Of a DNA stretch of 64,000 nt, positions 37,601 to 52,292 are shown one piece after another. The stretch spans positions 6,510,001-6,574,000 of the forward strand of contig JBHGNT010000021.1 in NCBI GenBank assembly GCA_043228905.1. Direction: 5' to 3'. The DNA comes from Azolla caroliniana (Eukaryota; Plantae; Polypodiophyta). The translations under genes and the position numbers were made by a program. The first letter of the stretch is position 1. Each line of letters begins with the position of its first letter. Under the pieces are notes generated by a model, which was not told where the DNA came from, ran no database searches, and saw only the letters and a list, made by a program, of their open reading frames with translations.

Positions 37601-39172
37601 TCCACCATCTTTCGCGCTTTTTCTAGATCTTCCGGTCTCCTTTCAAGTTGCCTTATCCGTGCCGCTAAAAATTCTTCTCGGCTCATCTCGTTCTCCCATG
37701 GTATCTCTACCCATGAGGCGATCGTCCTTTCGATGGGCATTACCGGCTTTTGTCCATATATAAGCTCCATTGGTATATATCCTGTCACTGAACTATGTGT
37801 ACAGTTTTGTCGGCCCACAAGGCATAGGGCAATAGTCGTGGCCAATTCCCGACTTGACCATTGCATGCTCGTACAATGGTTTTGACAATTGGTCCATGCC
37901 CTCGCTCGATCTTCCCATTCACTTCTGGATTGTAGGCAGTCGTGAGGGAGAGCTTCATGCCTAGTCGTTCGAAGAGCTCCGTTGCTTCGTGTGCATCCAA
38001 CTCCCCTCGGTCGGCCACTATCTTTCCCACACATCGATATCGGTAGACAACCTCTTCGAGTAGAAATTTGCAAACTGTTGACGTCGTCTTATTTGTCAAG
38101 GCCTGTCCTTCTACTTGATTTGTCAAGTCTTCTCTTGCTAGAGCTAAGTACTTCATTTATTTTACTCCCATTGGCATCGAGACCAGATCCACCATCCATT
38201 TGAAGTGTATGGTGAGCGGGTATGTCGGCGGTAGCTCATCACGATGACGTATATTCGAATGTACTTGGCAAGTTTCTCATGTGAACATGAAATGGAGTAC
38301 ATCTTTATACATGCTTTGCCACCAATATTTCTCCTTCCACTTTTCGAATGTCACCCATGTTCCTCTATGACCTACCCAAGGACTCTCGTGGAATTCAGTC
38401 ATAAGTGTCACTTGCTCTTCTTTATTTACCACCACTCGACGTGGCATTCCTGTCCTTCTTTTTGGGTGTCGCCAAAGGAATCCTCCCCTCATGAAGTATT
38501 GGTAAACTTTCTTCCAGATTCGTAGAGCCTCCTCCTTCGTCAATGAAGTATCCATCGTCATTGTTCTTAACAATTTGCCAATAAGTAACCACTCTCCTTC
38601 GTACTTGTCCTCGTTGAAGGTGTGGAGGGTTAGCGTGCCCTTGGCTTCCACCGATAGTCGAGCCATTTTGAAGAAGTCGAGGGTGATGTCATCATCATCC
38701 AAAACCATGTCACCTTCATTCTCAAATCTTGCCCTCAACAACATGTCCGCCATGGTGTTCTTCTTCCCTGCAATATGGCGGATCTCTGGGCTTAAAGACT
38801 TGATATAGGTGATCCACCTTAGCATAGCTAGATCTGGGGTCGCACATCCTGAGATCATCCTGAGAATTGGGAGACAATCTGTCTCAATTATCACTCCCAA
38901 CCCGATCAGGTAGTCTTTGTCTGTCTTCAATGTTGACACAATACCCCAAAGTTCCCACTTGACTTGGGCGTATCCTCGTTGTCGTTCGCTAAGAACCTTT
39001 GCTCCGAACCGGATGACATACCATGCATTATCTTCTCCTTCTTGGTTGATGACCCACCTGATTCCGGTTGGGCTCGTATCTACAGTCACATAAATTGGCT
39101 TCCCTTTAGTATAGTCGTCCTTTCTTAGTGCTGGAGCTTCAAGAAGTAGTTTCTTCAATCTTCGCATCACGT

Positions 39173-42100
39173 TGTCGTAGTGTAATTGCATACTACGTGA
39201 AAATTGCATTTTTATCCCTCCAGATGGAACTGGCAAGGAGGAACCGGTAAGGAGGAACCAATGAGAACCGGATCAAGCAGAACCGGCAAGAGCCAATAAA
39301 GAAGGCCAGTGAGAGTCTCTCACCGGACGAAGACACAAATTTGTAAATAGAAGAAAAGATCGTTACATGCATGGGGCAAGATTCAAACCTTGTACCTCCA
39401 TGTTAACGATTTTTAAGCCTTACCACTATACTAGCATATTATGAATTTTAAAGTTATACTAAACTTTATCCCATGTAAATGTTCTAGATATGCATGGTAC
39501 AAAAAGTTAAAAGAAAAGATGGGATAGAAAGCTAATCATGCACATGTAGTGTGAATGAAAACTAAAATTAGGAAAAGCATGATGCTTGCATGTGATAAAC
39601 TTAGACTCTTCCAACAATATATAAGGAAGAGAGAAAGATGTATAGTGGTTGTTGATTATTTTACAAGGGTTGATTAATATAATATATTCGTGGGATTCAC
39701 GAATTTGCTAACTAATTTTCTCTCTTAATCTGAGTACTCACTAATACACTATACTCGTGGGATTCACGAGATTTTCATATCTTTCTTTCTTACAATATAT
39801 TTCATATTCTTAATTGCCTTAGAATTTTCTTTTCTCCTAGTCCAAAACCTCAGTGGTTCCCGCCCGACTCACGCAATGATCTGGAGCCGAAAGGCACGAC
39901 ACATTTGGTGAACCCGACGTGAACACGGGTGGCAAGGAGATGGAAAATCAATCGGAGGCTAACAACATGATGATGATGTTTGAGCGGATGCTTCAAGAAC
40001 AACGTGCGATGTCGGAGATAGCGGCGGCAGTAGAGCGGCTCGTGCAACGGATCGGGCAATTCAACGGAAAGGACGTATCACGCTATCTTCGGGACTACAA
40101 GGCGGAAATGCTACAGTGCGGGATTTTGGTAGGACTGCAAGGGACATCGTTCAACCGGGTGGCTACCGACAGGCTTCAAGCAAGTATCCACAGGCTATGA
40201 CAACAAAATCCGACGTGGGAAGCATTTGAAGAGGCGCTAAAGACCACGTTCGCTATCGAGGACTCCTCCAAGGCAATGCGGAGAGGATTCGAGGATTGGG
40301 TGGAAACGCCAGACAAGGGGATGAAGGTCCTCGATGTGTTTTCAGCATTCGAAAGTCGGTTCGGGAGGTTGTGTGCGAGAGATCAAGCTATCCTCGCACC
40401 GGACAAAGTTATCATGTTCTTATGAGCCGTAGACGTCCGGGACCAGAAGGATCTTGGAGTGCTTCTAGAGGACACGACTACCAAGAGTGGGCTCTCCGAA
40501 ACGTGGGAAAGCATGCGGGATATCGTCGCGCGATACACAAAGAGGGGGCAATGGCTTGCCAACGAAGAAAAGAGGGTTTCAAAACCAATTCCGAAACCGA
40601 GATCCGGATTGGAAGACCATCAACCGCGGGCTCGGGAAGCTACGACCAAGAAGGGAATCGACGCAACTACGGTGGAGCAGTTGCTGAAGGAGATGGAGAA
40701 TCTAAAAACCGTGATGGTGAAGAAGTCGGATGACCGTCCCACAAGTTCCAAATATATGGACTGTTGGTGCATATGGTGCGATAGCACCGAGCATGATTGG
40801 AGGGATTGCGACGAGCACAAGGAAGCGCTATGACGGGATCTTATCTACTATGAGGGAAATCGGATTCATTTGATGGACTCTTGGAAGCCGGTCCGAGCGA
40901 ACTTCCGAAAAGGCGGCATGAAGAAGGTCCTAGAGGAGGAAATAGTGGCGAAGAGCAATTACGCGACAACCGCGGGAATACGTGTCAGGGAGTCATCTGG
41001 AGTATTTAAGGTGTCTTTTTGGCTGGAAGTGCTAGAATACACCGAGAAAACTGACTCCAACGAGATCCGAAGCACCGTGGAAGGCATTCGAGAAGCTATG
41101 GGATGGGAGTGCCCCGTCGATAAGAATAGCGTATACACCCTATGTCAATTACATGAGGTGTATGTGGACGAGAAGCGACGACACATGGAGGATGAGGTCG
41201 GACCATCGAAGACACCTGAGAGCTGGAACTCTGACGGAAGAGGGAAACGAAAAATGATTCCAACATTCAAACTCACTTCGGACATCGAGGAACGGACGGA
41301 CATAAAGAAAGTGTTCGAGGAGAGAATCCTCGACAGCCGAGTAGATTTTTTGCTTCGGGAACTACTCGGAATAGCAAAAAAGGAGTTCCATGATCTTCTT
41401 GTGGATCTCATGAAAAGAAAAAGACAAACTACAGAGGAAAATGCGCCGATGGAGAATGCAAATACCGTTTTGATGAACGACACCGAAGAGGAGGACGAGA
41501 TTCTGAATTCCCACTATACAATGCCACACTAGGCGCGTGAAACTACCAAGACTCCGGTCTGAATCGGCAACATCAAAGAGCCCGTGCTAGCATTGATTGA
41601 TCACAGATCGGAGATCAATTTGATGTCTAAGGAGTTCTACCGGAAGGGGAAGTGGCCTATTATCACCAATCATGGATGGAAGATCCGGGCGGCCACTAAA
41701 GCAACGGAAGATCTATTTGCGGCTTGTTCGGATGTGATGGTGAAGATCGGGGATGTTGAGATCGACCAAAATTTCTTCGTACAAGACGAGGTCTCCGTGA
41801 CCCTCGGGCAACCCTTTATCACGGCTTCACGAATGGAGACGAAGGTGCTCGATAGCAGTGCGGCTTTTGCATGAATTCGGAGCCAAAACAGAGGGAGATC
41901 CGTCCAATTCCTAACGGTGCCAGCAAATCATGAAAGGAACAAGAGAGATCTCTTGTCCCAAACTAGAATGGATTTTTAGAGCAGACTATTGTGGAGTGGG
42001 TAAGTGATAGTCCGAGAAGCCCTGATACCCCACACAGGAAGAAAACTCTCAGAGCAAAACAAGTACGAATCGGTCCGGATGGTGCATCCACGTACACGGC

Positions 42101-45100
42101 CGTAACCGGAGGAATGAAGAAAGAATACCGAAAAGTGGAGGATAAGTTACGGTCGACATCAATAATAAAAGAAGACGAAGAAATCGTGGGAATAGTCGAA
42201 GAAGTGTTCTATGGGAGCACGCTACAATGGCTTGAAGAGCTCGCAAAAGATACAAGCCAGGGAAACTGGGTAATTCTGGTTGAATCGGTCGACATGTACG
42301 AGATCGTTGCGAAAATGGGGCCAGATGCGCTCTGCAAAGAAGAAGCAATGGTAAGTACGAAATACAATACCGTAGAGAAGAAGGTGAAACCGACTGCGGG
42401 ACCACTACCCGCCGATAGCGAACAAAAGAGGAAAGAAGTCTCGGGAGATTCGACACTTCGGAAGTCCGTGGATATCGGACATGTCTTCGCGTATGAGATT
42501 CGGAAGAAACTTCGGATCGGTGGAGGTGGTTTCCTCTTACAAAAAGAAGAAGAACGGTTTCGTGAGATGTTGGAGCAACATGGCAAAGCGTTCGCATTCA
42601 CATCAAGGGAGATAGGATGCATTGATCCGAAGATAGTGGTGTCGATGGTGATCTTCACAATTGACCATGTGCCATGGAACCTGACGCTGATTCCGGTGCC
42701 ACGGGCGCATATTCCGAAAGTCATCGACTTGCTCAAGGAGAAGGTGGCGATGGGGATTCTAGAGCCATCAAACGCTCCATACTCAAATCGATAGTTTACG
42801 GTTCCGAAGAAGAATGGATCACTCTGATTTATCTAAGACTTGCAACAGGTGATCAAAGTCACGATCCGGAACTCTGGAGTCGGTCCGATAGTGGACGAAT
42901 TTGCGGAAGCATTTGTCGGTCGTGCGATATACTCCATTGGAAACCTATACTCGGGGTATGACCAATTCCAACTAGCCATGGAGAGCCGAGACATCACTAC
43001 CATACGGACACCGATAGGATTAGTCCGAATGTGCACACTACCACAAGGAGCGACAAACTCGGTTGCACATATGATGAACGCGATGAACAAGGTGCTTCAA
43101 GATTGCATTCCGGAGATAACGATGCCGTTCCTAGATGACATTCCGATGAAAGGATGCGCGGTAGAAGAAAAAGATGAAACTATGGATGATCGGGGATGCC
43201 GAAAGTTCGTAGTCGACCATATTCGTGATTGCGAGAAAGTGCTTCAAAAGTTAGAAGATGTGCACATAACACTTTCCGGGGAGAAATCGGCATTCGGCCA
43301 AGAAGAGATATTGGTAGTCGGACATCTATGTGGGCCCTATGGCCGAAGACCATCACCAACCAAGATCGATGCGATTCAAGCTATGAAAGAAGTATGCGAG
43401 TTACAATCCGAAGTCTGAAGGTTTCTTGGAGCTTGTGCATTTTATCACATATGGATTCCGCACTATGCACATATTGCGGACCCACTCTATCACTTATTGC
43501 GGAAGGGGAAGAAGTTCGAATGGAAACCGGAACACACCAAAGCCATGAAGAAGCTTAAGAAATCACTACGGAGGGCTGAAGCACTTAAGAAGCCGAGCTA
43601 TGAGTGACCAATCATAGTAATGATTGATACAAGTCCAACCACAATCGGATGGGTCATCAATCAAGCCGACTCGGATGGTTTGCGATATCCGATCCGATTC
43701 GGAGCCAAGGTTCTCAACGAAACGCAATGCGGATATGCACAAGTCAAAAGAGAATTATGGGGAGTCGTGTCGGCAATCAAATTGGATCGAGATTATTTGA
43801 TCGGAGCCGAAGTAGTGATCGAAACAGATTGTCTTCCGATACTCGGGATGATGCGGTGTTGCACGATACCAGATGTGGCTATGCTAAGATGGATTGCATA
43901 TGTTAAGTCGCTTAACCTGGACATACGAAACATCTCCGGAAAAGACAACTCGGTAGCGGATATGCTATCGAGGGCTCGGTTCAGAGACGACATAGCCGAA
44001 TCCGATAATGAAGAAGTTTCTGAAGACTACTTTGCTTCGGAGCACATATGCCGAGTAAACGTAATCCGAGAATTCCGAGAAGAAGAATACGAGGGAGAAA
44101 GCTTGATGATCAGGAAGGTGCTACAAGAGATTGAGGAATCACTGGACGATAAAGAGAAGAGAGCCAAGATCCGAAGGAAGAAGAGGCAAGTCCAAAAGTT
44201 CTTCTTGAAAAATGGATTAATATGAAGGGAGCCGAAAAGACCGAATGGCATACCACTTCGGGTAGTCGGGACGAAAGAGCAACGAAATAGGATAATATCC
44301 GACTTTCATGAATCCGATTGGGCTGGACATCGAGGAACATGGGCAACTTTTGTGAAAATCAAACAAAAATATTGGTGGAAGAATATGTACAAAGATGTAG
44401 CGGAGTTCACGGGAAGCTGCGAGAAGTGTCAAGACTACTTCGGGGTTCGACACCGAGATGAATTACATCCGACGTTTTCACCGAAAATCAACTTCAAGTG
44501 GATGGTCGACATTGTAGCCATGCCAACCGGGATCGGACAAAAGAAGTACTTGGTGTTAGCTCAAGAAGATCTCACAAACCAAGTAGAAGGTCGAGCACTA
44601 CGAAGGAAAACGTGTTCTGCGGTATGCCAATTTCTTTTGGAGGAGGTGTTTTGCAGGTACGTGTGCGTAGGACAAGTGATTGCGGATCGGGGAGAACTTG
44701 ACTCTGACAAAGCTAGCGGATTATTCGCCAAACATGGAGTTCAGTTAACACTGACAACAACATACAATCCGGAAGCCAACGGGAAGATCGAACGAGGACA
44801 TAGTCCGATCATCATAGCACTTGCCAAGGCATGCGATGGAAGTGTGAAGGATTGGCCGCAGATGCTTTCGTATGCACTCTGGGTGGATCGGACGACGCAT
44901 AGCTCCGTAACCGGTTACATGCCGGCAGAATTCATGACCGGACAAGCACCGGTAATGCCAACGGAAACCGCAATCGCAACATGGACAGTGTTGTCGTGGA
45001 AGGAAGAGATGAGCCAGGAAAAACTACTAGCGGTCTGGATACAACAACTAGAGGGAAGACCGGAAGACATAGCGGAAGCAACACGCCGACAACAAGAAGT

Positions 45101-46323
45101 GCGATTCCAGAACAAAAGCGGATTCGACACAAAGCATCGACTACGACCACGGAAGATTGAAGAAGGAGATTGGGTGATTGTCTATGACAGTAGTCTGGAT
45201 CATCAACATAGAACGATACGGAAGTTGGCGAAAAGGTGGTTCGGGCCATACGAGGTTCGGAAAGTTTTCGACAACGGAACTTACCGACTATGCGAGTTGG
45301 ATGGAACAGTACTACGAGTGCCTATAGCGGGGAAACGGGTAAAGATCTTCAAGAAGAAGACTGACGACAAACCCTATCTTACCCTAGACAAGACCGACAA
45401 CGAGGAGCAATTGGACAAAGATCGCGGTGATGCAAAAAGCGAAGAAAGTGGACTTCAACTCGTAGTCAACATAAGGGGAGAATTGGGTAGTGCTACGGAT
45501 GAAGACGAACAACAGGCATTGGGAACTTCGGCACATACTGGAGGATGTGAGGGTTTGGAGGGGGCGAGTGTCATAGTGTAATTCGCATACTATGTGAAAA
45601 TTGCATTTTTGTCCCTTCGTATGGAACCGACAAGGAGGAACCGGTAAGGAGAAACCAGTGAAAACCGGATCAAGCAAAATTGGCAAGAGCCGGATAAAGA
45701 AGGCCGGTGAGAGTCTCTCACCGGATGAAGACACAAATTTGTAAATAGAAGAAAAGATCGTTACATGCATAGGGTAGGATTCAAACCCTGTACCTCCATG
45801 TTAACGATTTTTAAGCCTTACCACTATACTAACCATATTATGAATTTTAAAGTGATACTAAACTTTATCCCATGTAAATGTTCTAGATATGCATGGTACA
45901 AAAAGTTATTCATGCATACACACTCGGGTTAAATGAAAAGATGGGATAGAAAGCTAATCATGCACATGTAGTGTGCATGAAAACTAAAATTAGGAAAAGC
46001 ATGATGCTTGCATGTGATAAACGTAGACTCTTCCAACACTATATAAGGAAGAGAGAAAGATGTATAATGGTTGTTGATTATTTTACAAGGGTTGATTAAT
46101 ATAATATATTCGTGGGATTCACGAATTTGCTCAGTATTTTTCTCTCTTAATCGGAGTACTCACTAATACACTATACTCATGGGATTCACAAGTTTTTCAT
46201 ATCTTTCTTTCTTACAATATATTTCATATTCTTAATTGCCTTAGAATTTTCTTTTCTCCTAGTCCAAAACCTCAGTGCTTCCCGCCCGACTCACGCAATG
46301 ATCCGGAGCCGAAAGGCACGACA
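39173..46323 (+). mobile_element. Full-length Trp-primed Ty3/gypsy (LTRs 39173-39901 and 45569-46323)
   Basis: TG...CA LTRs, perfect 4-bp TSD ACGT, PBS 39906-39922, PPT 45549-45568. Gag-PR then RT (MPFLDDI), RH and INT (WFGPYEV) with several stops. No chromodomain evident. Confidence 0.95.
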
Positions 46324-47155
46324 ACGTTTCTGTGCTCGTCTCGCCATTCGAACTTCATTCTTTTCTTTAGCAATCCATATAAAGGCTCGACGACATGAGC
46401 GTACTGCGGAATCTAGATATGATAAAACGCGCACGTTCCAAGGAACCTTCGAACCTCCGTTTGGTTTATGCATTCTTCTTTCATATCCTAGATCGCGTTC
46501 ACCTTGGATGGCGAAGGCTTCCGACCATATGATCCGCACAAGTGACCTACCACCAAGATCTCTGGTTGCCCGAATGCGGATTTTTCTCCCAAAAATGTGA
46601 AATTCGCATCTTCGAGCCTTTGGAGCACCTTCTCACAATCTTTCATATGATCCGCAACGAACTTTCTACACCCTTCCTTATCGTTCGATTCATCTTTCTC
46701 CTCATCTGAACATCCTTTTATAGGAATATCACCCAAGAATGGCATCGTGATGTCCTGGATGCAATCCTTCAAGACCTTGTTCATGGCATTCACCATATGA
46801 GCCACCGAGTTCGTTGTACCTTGAGGCAAGGTACACATCCGCACAAGCCCGATCGAAGTCCTCATGGTTGCAATGTCACGACGGTCGATCGACAATTGGA
46901 ATTGGTCGTATCCAGAGTAGAGATCGCTAATGGAATAGATGGACCGCCCCGCAAACGCTTTGGCAAATTCGTCCACGCTCGGACCAATTCCAACATTCCG
47001 ATTTGTCACCTTGTTGACGTGTTGAAGATCTTGGAGGAATCGGAATGATCCATTCTTCTTCGGCACCATTAACCACCTATTAGAATAAGGAGCATTCGAT
47101 GGTTCCACAATTCCCATATTCACCTTCTCCTTTAAGAGCTCGATCAACTTCGGTA

Positions 47156-50100
47156 TGTTGGGGACAAGGTCGTCAGTGCCGAAGAACAAACAACATCTGT
47201 GATGTTGAAGGACCTGTGTATGAGAATGAACAAGATACACACAGAGAGAGATCGACACAAAGAAACGTTTTATTTCTTAATAGCAACAATTACAAATGAC
47301 AACCACCTTTTACTAAAGGTTACAAAGTCACTTTATATAGTGACTATCCTAGGGCAACTGCCCTTTATGCTATTTACAGAAATAGCCCAAACTTGGGTTG
47401 TCCAAAGGGACACTGTGAATACGGCAATTATACACTCGTATTCGACACTCCCCCGTAATGGGCATATACATGGGTTATCTTAAATTACAGGTATATACAA
47501 GGTTTATCGGACAAATCGGTTTTGTTCGAGTTGGCAAGATCTGAAGACAGAAGGCCGAACCGGTCGGGTCGGAAAAGTTGAAGTTGATCCTCAAAGAACC
47601 GATGTCGGTTGTCCGAAACCATCCTGTGCTCTGTGTCCGACTTTAACCGAACCGATTTTTCTTTACTCCCATCTGGTGCCGAAGGGACCAGAAGCGATCC
47701 GCCGAAAGACACTTGGTCATTCGATTTGCGACATTATCAGTTGTGGACATCTTCCCGAGACCGATTTTCCCTGAAATGATGCAGTCCTGAACAAAATGAT
47801 ATCGAACGTCGATATGCTTGGAGGTGTTGTGGTGAACCGGATTTTTTACAAAGCAACAACACCCTGACTATCGTTGTAGACAATTGGAGCCGAGTCAAGG
47901 TCGACTTGTCGAAACGTGTGCGCTAGCCGACCGAGCCATAAAGCTTCTTTTGCTGCGTCGGACGCAGCTACATATTCCGCTTCGGTCGTTGAGGTGGCAG
48001 TGCACTCCTGAAGTTTCGACTTCCACGAGATTGCTCCATTGCCGAATTTGAAACAATATCCGGTTGTTGATTTCCGACTGTCCACGCAGCCGGCGAAGTC
48101 CGAGTCGGTGTAACCGACTATGCCTGAGGTTGAGTTCAGGCCAAAAAGAATGTCGTGGTCTAAACACATGCTTGACTGCGTTCCAGTGCGATCGGCCTGG
48201 GTTGTGCATGAATCTACTGACGACCCCTACATCGTGAGAAATATCAAGTCATGTCACGACCATCGCGTACATAAGGGAGCTGATTGCCGGTGCATACGGT
48301 ACCGACTTCATATTTTCCCCCTCTGGACCGGATGTTGGGCAGTCTCGTTGAGACAGCCAAAGGTTAATGGGGAGTGGGGTCGAAGCAGACTTGGCCGAGT
48401 GCATGTTGAAGTGTTCCAAGACACGTCTGATGTAGTCAGTTTGAGACAGGAAAAGTTGTCATTTATCGCGATGCCGACTAATCTTCATACCAAGTATGTG
48501 TCTTGCCGAACCGAGGTCCTTCATGGCAAACATCAGCAGCAGTCTCCGAACGAGTTCGGTGAGCTCTTTAGCATGTCGGCCGGAGAGTAGCATGTCGGCC
48601 GAAGAAGGGAGACCCGACTTGAGCTGTTTTGGTGAAGAGAGAGCGGTCCTCATCGCTCTTGGAGAAGCTAACCGACTGGATGAAGTCGTCGAACTTCTTG
48701 TACCACTGACGGGGTACCTGTTTCAGGCCGTATAAACTTTTCCTGAGTCGGCATACTAGATCTTCCTGGCCGGATGCCACAAAGCCTTTTGACTGCTCCA
48801 TATAGATTTCCTCCTGTAGTTCATCGTGGAGGAATGTCGTTTTACATCTAGCTAAATCAGCTCCAAGTTGTCGGCGGCCACGACGCCAAGCATGAAACAA
48901 AGGGTTTTCATTTTCACCACTGGTAAAAAGATTTCGTCGAAGTCGACGCCATATTCTTGTCGAAATCCCTTCGCAACTAATACGGCCTTGTACTTTGGGT
49001 TGGTCGAGTCAGACGTCTCTTTTAGTCGATAGACCCACTTACACGAAAGAGCACGTCGATTCGTCGGTAATTCGACCAAGTCCCAAGTCTTGTTTGCGCG
49101 AATGGAGTGCATTTCCGAGTCCATCGCCAGATGCCAGGTGGCTGAGTTGGCAGATGCCGATGCTTCTTCGTAAGAGGTCAGTTCGCCGACGTCGGTAAAG
49201 AAAATTCTGGGAGAGTACCTTTCCGGAGGTTGTGACAGTCTCTCTTATCTTCGAGGTATGACTGGACTGGTTGCACCGGGTATAGGCGTTAGATGGTCGG
49301 AAGCCGAGGCATTCGGTTGTGCTGAATCGGTGGATTTAGGACGAGAGGTGTCGGTTACCCATGAAACCGATCTCGTGTTATGGGTTGGGCCTTCATGAGG
49401 GGTTGGCACTTCGGAAAATATTATCCTTCGGATTTCAATAGGCCTTTTGGCCGTTTTATGCATAGCCGACTCGTTGAACACGACGTCCGAACTTCGGACG
49501 ATTTGTCTGTGCTCGAGGTCCCAGAGTCGGTATCCGATCTCGCGATTGGGTCCATATCCAGTTTCCTTGATCTTGGTTCGAGTTTCCGGCGATCTTCTTT
49601 CGGTATGAGGGCATACGCCTCGTAGCCGAAGATCCTCAGCTTGTCATAATTCGGCTTACTGCCGGTCCATGTTTCCTGAGGTATTTTAAGTCCTAGAGGT
49701 CTACTTGGCGACATATTTATTATGTGTACTGCCGTAAGTAGAGCCTCCGCCCAGAAGCCATCCGGCAGTCCGGAGTGTTGGAGCATGGATACTATGCGTT
49801 CAACAATTCCGTTCTGCTCCGGACTATAGGGCGCCGTATATTCACGTCGAATGTCGCGTTCCCGGCAGAATTTGACGAATTCGTCAGACTTGAATTCTCC
49901 TCCATTATCGGTTCGGAGACATTTTAGTTTCTGACCGGTCTGGTTTTCGACCATTGCAAGCCATTCTGAGAAGATCGAGAACACCCGATCTTTGGTTTTA
50001 ATGGGGTAAGCCCACACTTTCCGAAGTTGAGCAGTCAATAAAATTGACGAAGTATGAAGCACCACCGAGAGACTAATGTGGCATCGAGCCACAGACGTTC

Positions 50101-52054
50101 GAGTGGACCAAATCGAGGGGACTAAATTGTCTTGGTGTTGATGTTGGGTGTGATGCGGCTACCTATTTTCTATACTGGCAATGCTCGCAAAATTGGTGAT
50201 CCGAGAAGGAGGGCTTGGGGATGTAACCGGCTCTAGATAGGTGCGTTATGTCGGCCTTACTGAGGTGTCCAAGTCGTCCGTGCCATAACGATGACACGGG
50301 GATATCAACCAAAAATAAGTCACCCTCTTTGAGTGTGACATATAAAGGGTACAAAGAGTGTACCTTTGGTCCTCGATCAAGCAGGAGTTTCCCTTTGTGG
50401 AATGTCCACCCTCTTGATGAGAAACCGACACGGATGTCGGCTTCGTCAAGTTGTCCGACTGAGATCAAGGGTCTTGAAAGCTTAGGATCGTGTCAGACGT
50501 TATGTAGTACGAGTGTAGAGCCACCCGGAAGGTTGAGCTCTACGGTGCTGATTCCGATTATGGCACAATGTTGCGAGTTCCCAACTCGAACTGAGTCGGA
50601 ATGCCAGTCTGAGTATTGCCGAAACTGAGATTGGTGAGGTGTCACATGATACGATGCACCCGAGTCCAGGAGCCATGTGCTCGATTCCTTAGTCGTAAGT
50701 AGAGCTTCTAATTCGACTGGGTTCTCGAAGGACAGGTTGTTCGATCAGTCAGTCGAACCTTGTACTACATAAGCTTCATCTGCCGAGTCTTTGGCGAAAG
50801 ACTTTCTCCGAGCTGCTTCAGTTAGGATTGCGCTTGTGATTTCGGAGTACTTCATGGCAGTTGTTGAAGCATTGCACACGGTTGTGACGAAAGTTTCCCA
50901 AGAAGAGGGCAGACTACTCATGAGTATCATTGTTCTGAGTTCATCCTCTATTGTTGTCCCCTGAGACGATATTTGGGAGCTTAGGCTTTCGTACTCGTTG
51001 AGGTGTGCCTGAACTGAATCGGATTCTTTCATCCACAAGTTGTAGAGGCGCCGGATCAGATACATCTTCGTTGCGGCGACCTTCTTTTCATAAGTTTCCG
51101 AGAGTGTTTTCCAAAGTTCAAAAGCTGTCGAGCATGATTGCACTGTGAAGTACAGTGACTCCGACAAGTGCATCCGAATCGTGGCGCGGACGATTTTGTC
51201 CAGCTTTAGCCACTCGTTTACCTTGTATGCTTCTGGAGGATTTTCATTCTCAATCGGGTCTATCTGCATTTGTTCCTTCCAGAAGTTGAAGCTCGAACCG
51301 TCGAAACTCCTTAGACTCATCTCCGATGAGCCAGATGTTGATGCCATCTTATTCGGTTTCGGTTGGTAAGACTCTGTTCGGAGTTGACTGGGAACCTTAG
51401 TTGGGTGCAGCCGGTCGGCTCACTCGATATCGTTCTAGTCCGTCTTGAAGCCGACTCGGTTTGGTTTCGGATACTTGTTTGCTGAACCTTCTTGGAGTGA
51501 CACTAGTTAGCTTCCGATTGTATGCCGAATACCGATCACAAGAGACCGATTTTTTAGGCTGATTCTGCTTCGGATGACTGCAACGATGAGAGGGACGGAT
51601 CCAACTGATCCTCCCGAATGTCGATCAGCCGAATGAAGCACGAATTTAGTTGTTGCTTGGAGACCAATCTACAACGGGTGGTTACAACAAGCGGGTGAAT
51701 AGCGTCCGGTGACCTATTCGGATGTTGTTTAACCAAATGAAGCACGATTGGGTCGGGTGTTGCACAAGGAGCTCACCTCAAGTGGTTACAATCACAGGAA
51801 CAGAGTACAACTAGCTAGCTTACTCCAATTAGTGATTTAACACAATGAGATGTAAACTTCTTGTTTGTATTCTCTCTTCTCTGTTCTTCAAGAAAAACAG
51901 AAACAGAGTGTTGTGTGGTGTACTATGACGGCCAACAGTAGGTTGAAAAACCTCCAACGCTCTGATACCAAATGTTGGGGACAAGGTCGTCAGTGCGGAA
52001 GAACAAACAACATCTATGATGTTGAAGGACCTGTGTATGAGAATGAACAAGATA

Positions 52055-52098
<44 letters not shown>

Positions 52099-52292
52099 GG
52101 CACAAAGAAACGTTTTATTTCTTAATAGCAACAGTTACAAATGACAATCACCTTTTACTAAAGGTTACAAAGTCACTTTATATAGTGACTATCCTAGGGC
52201 AACTGCCCTTTATGCTATTTACAGAAATAGCCCAAACTTTGGCTGTCCAAAGGGACAGTGTGAATACAGCCATTATACACTCATATTCGACA
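47156..52292 (-). mobile_element. Ty1/copia element with short LTRs (47156-47447 and 51973-52292), degraded
   Basis: PBS TGGTATCAGA at 51961-51970 and PPT GGGGGAG at 47448-47454. Gag 50745-51347, protease WLLDSGAS, TDNGGEF integrase, RT and RH (STTEAEY) fragments. Inserted in the gypsy RT. Confidence 0.88.
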
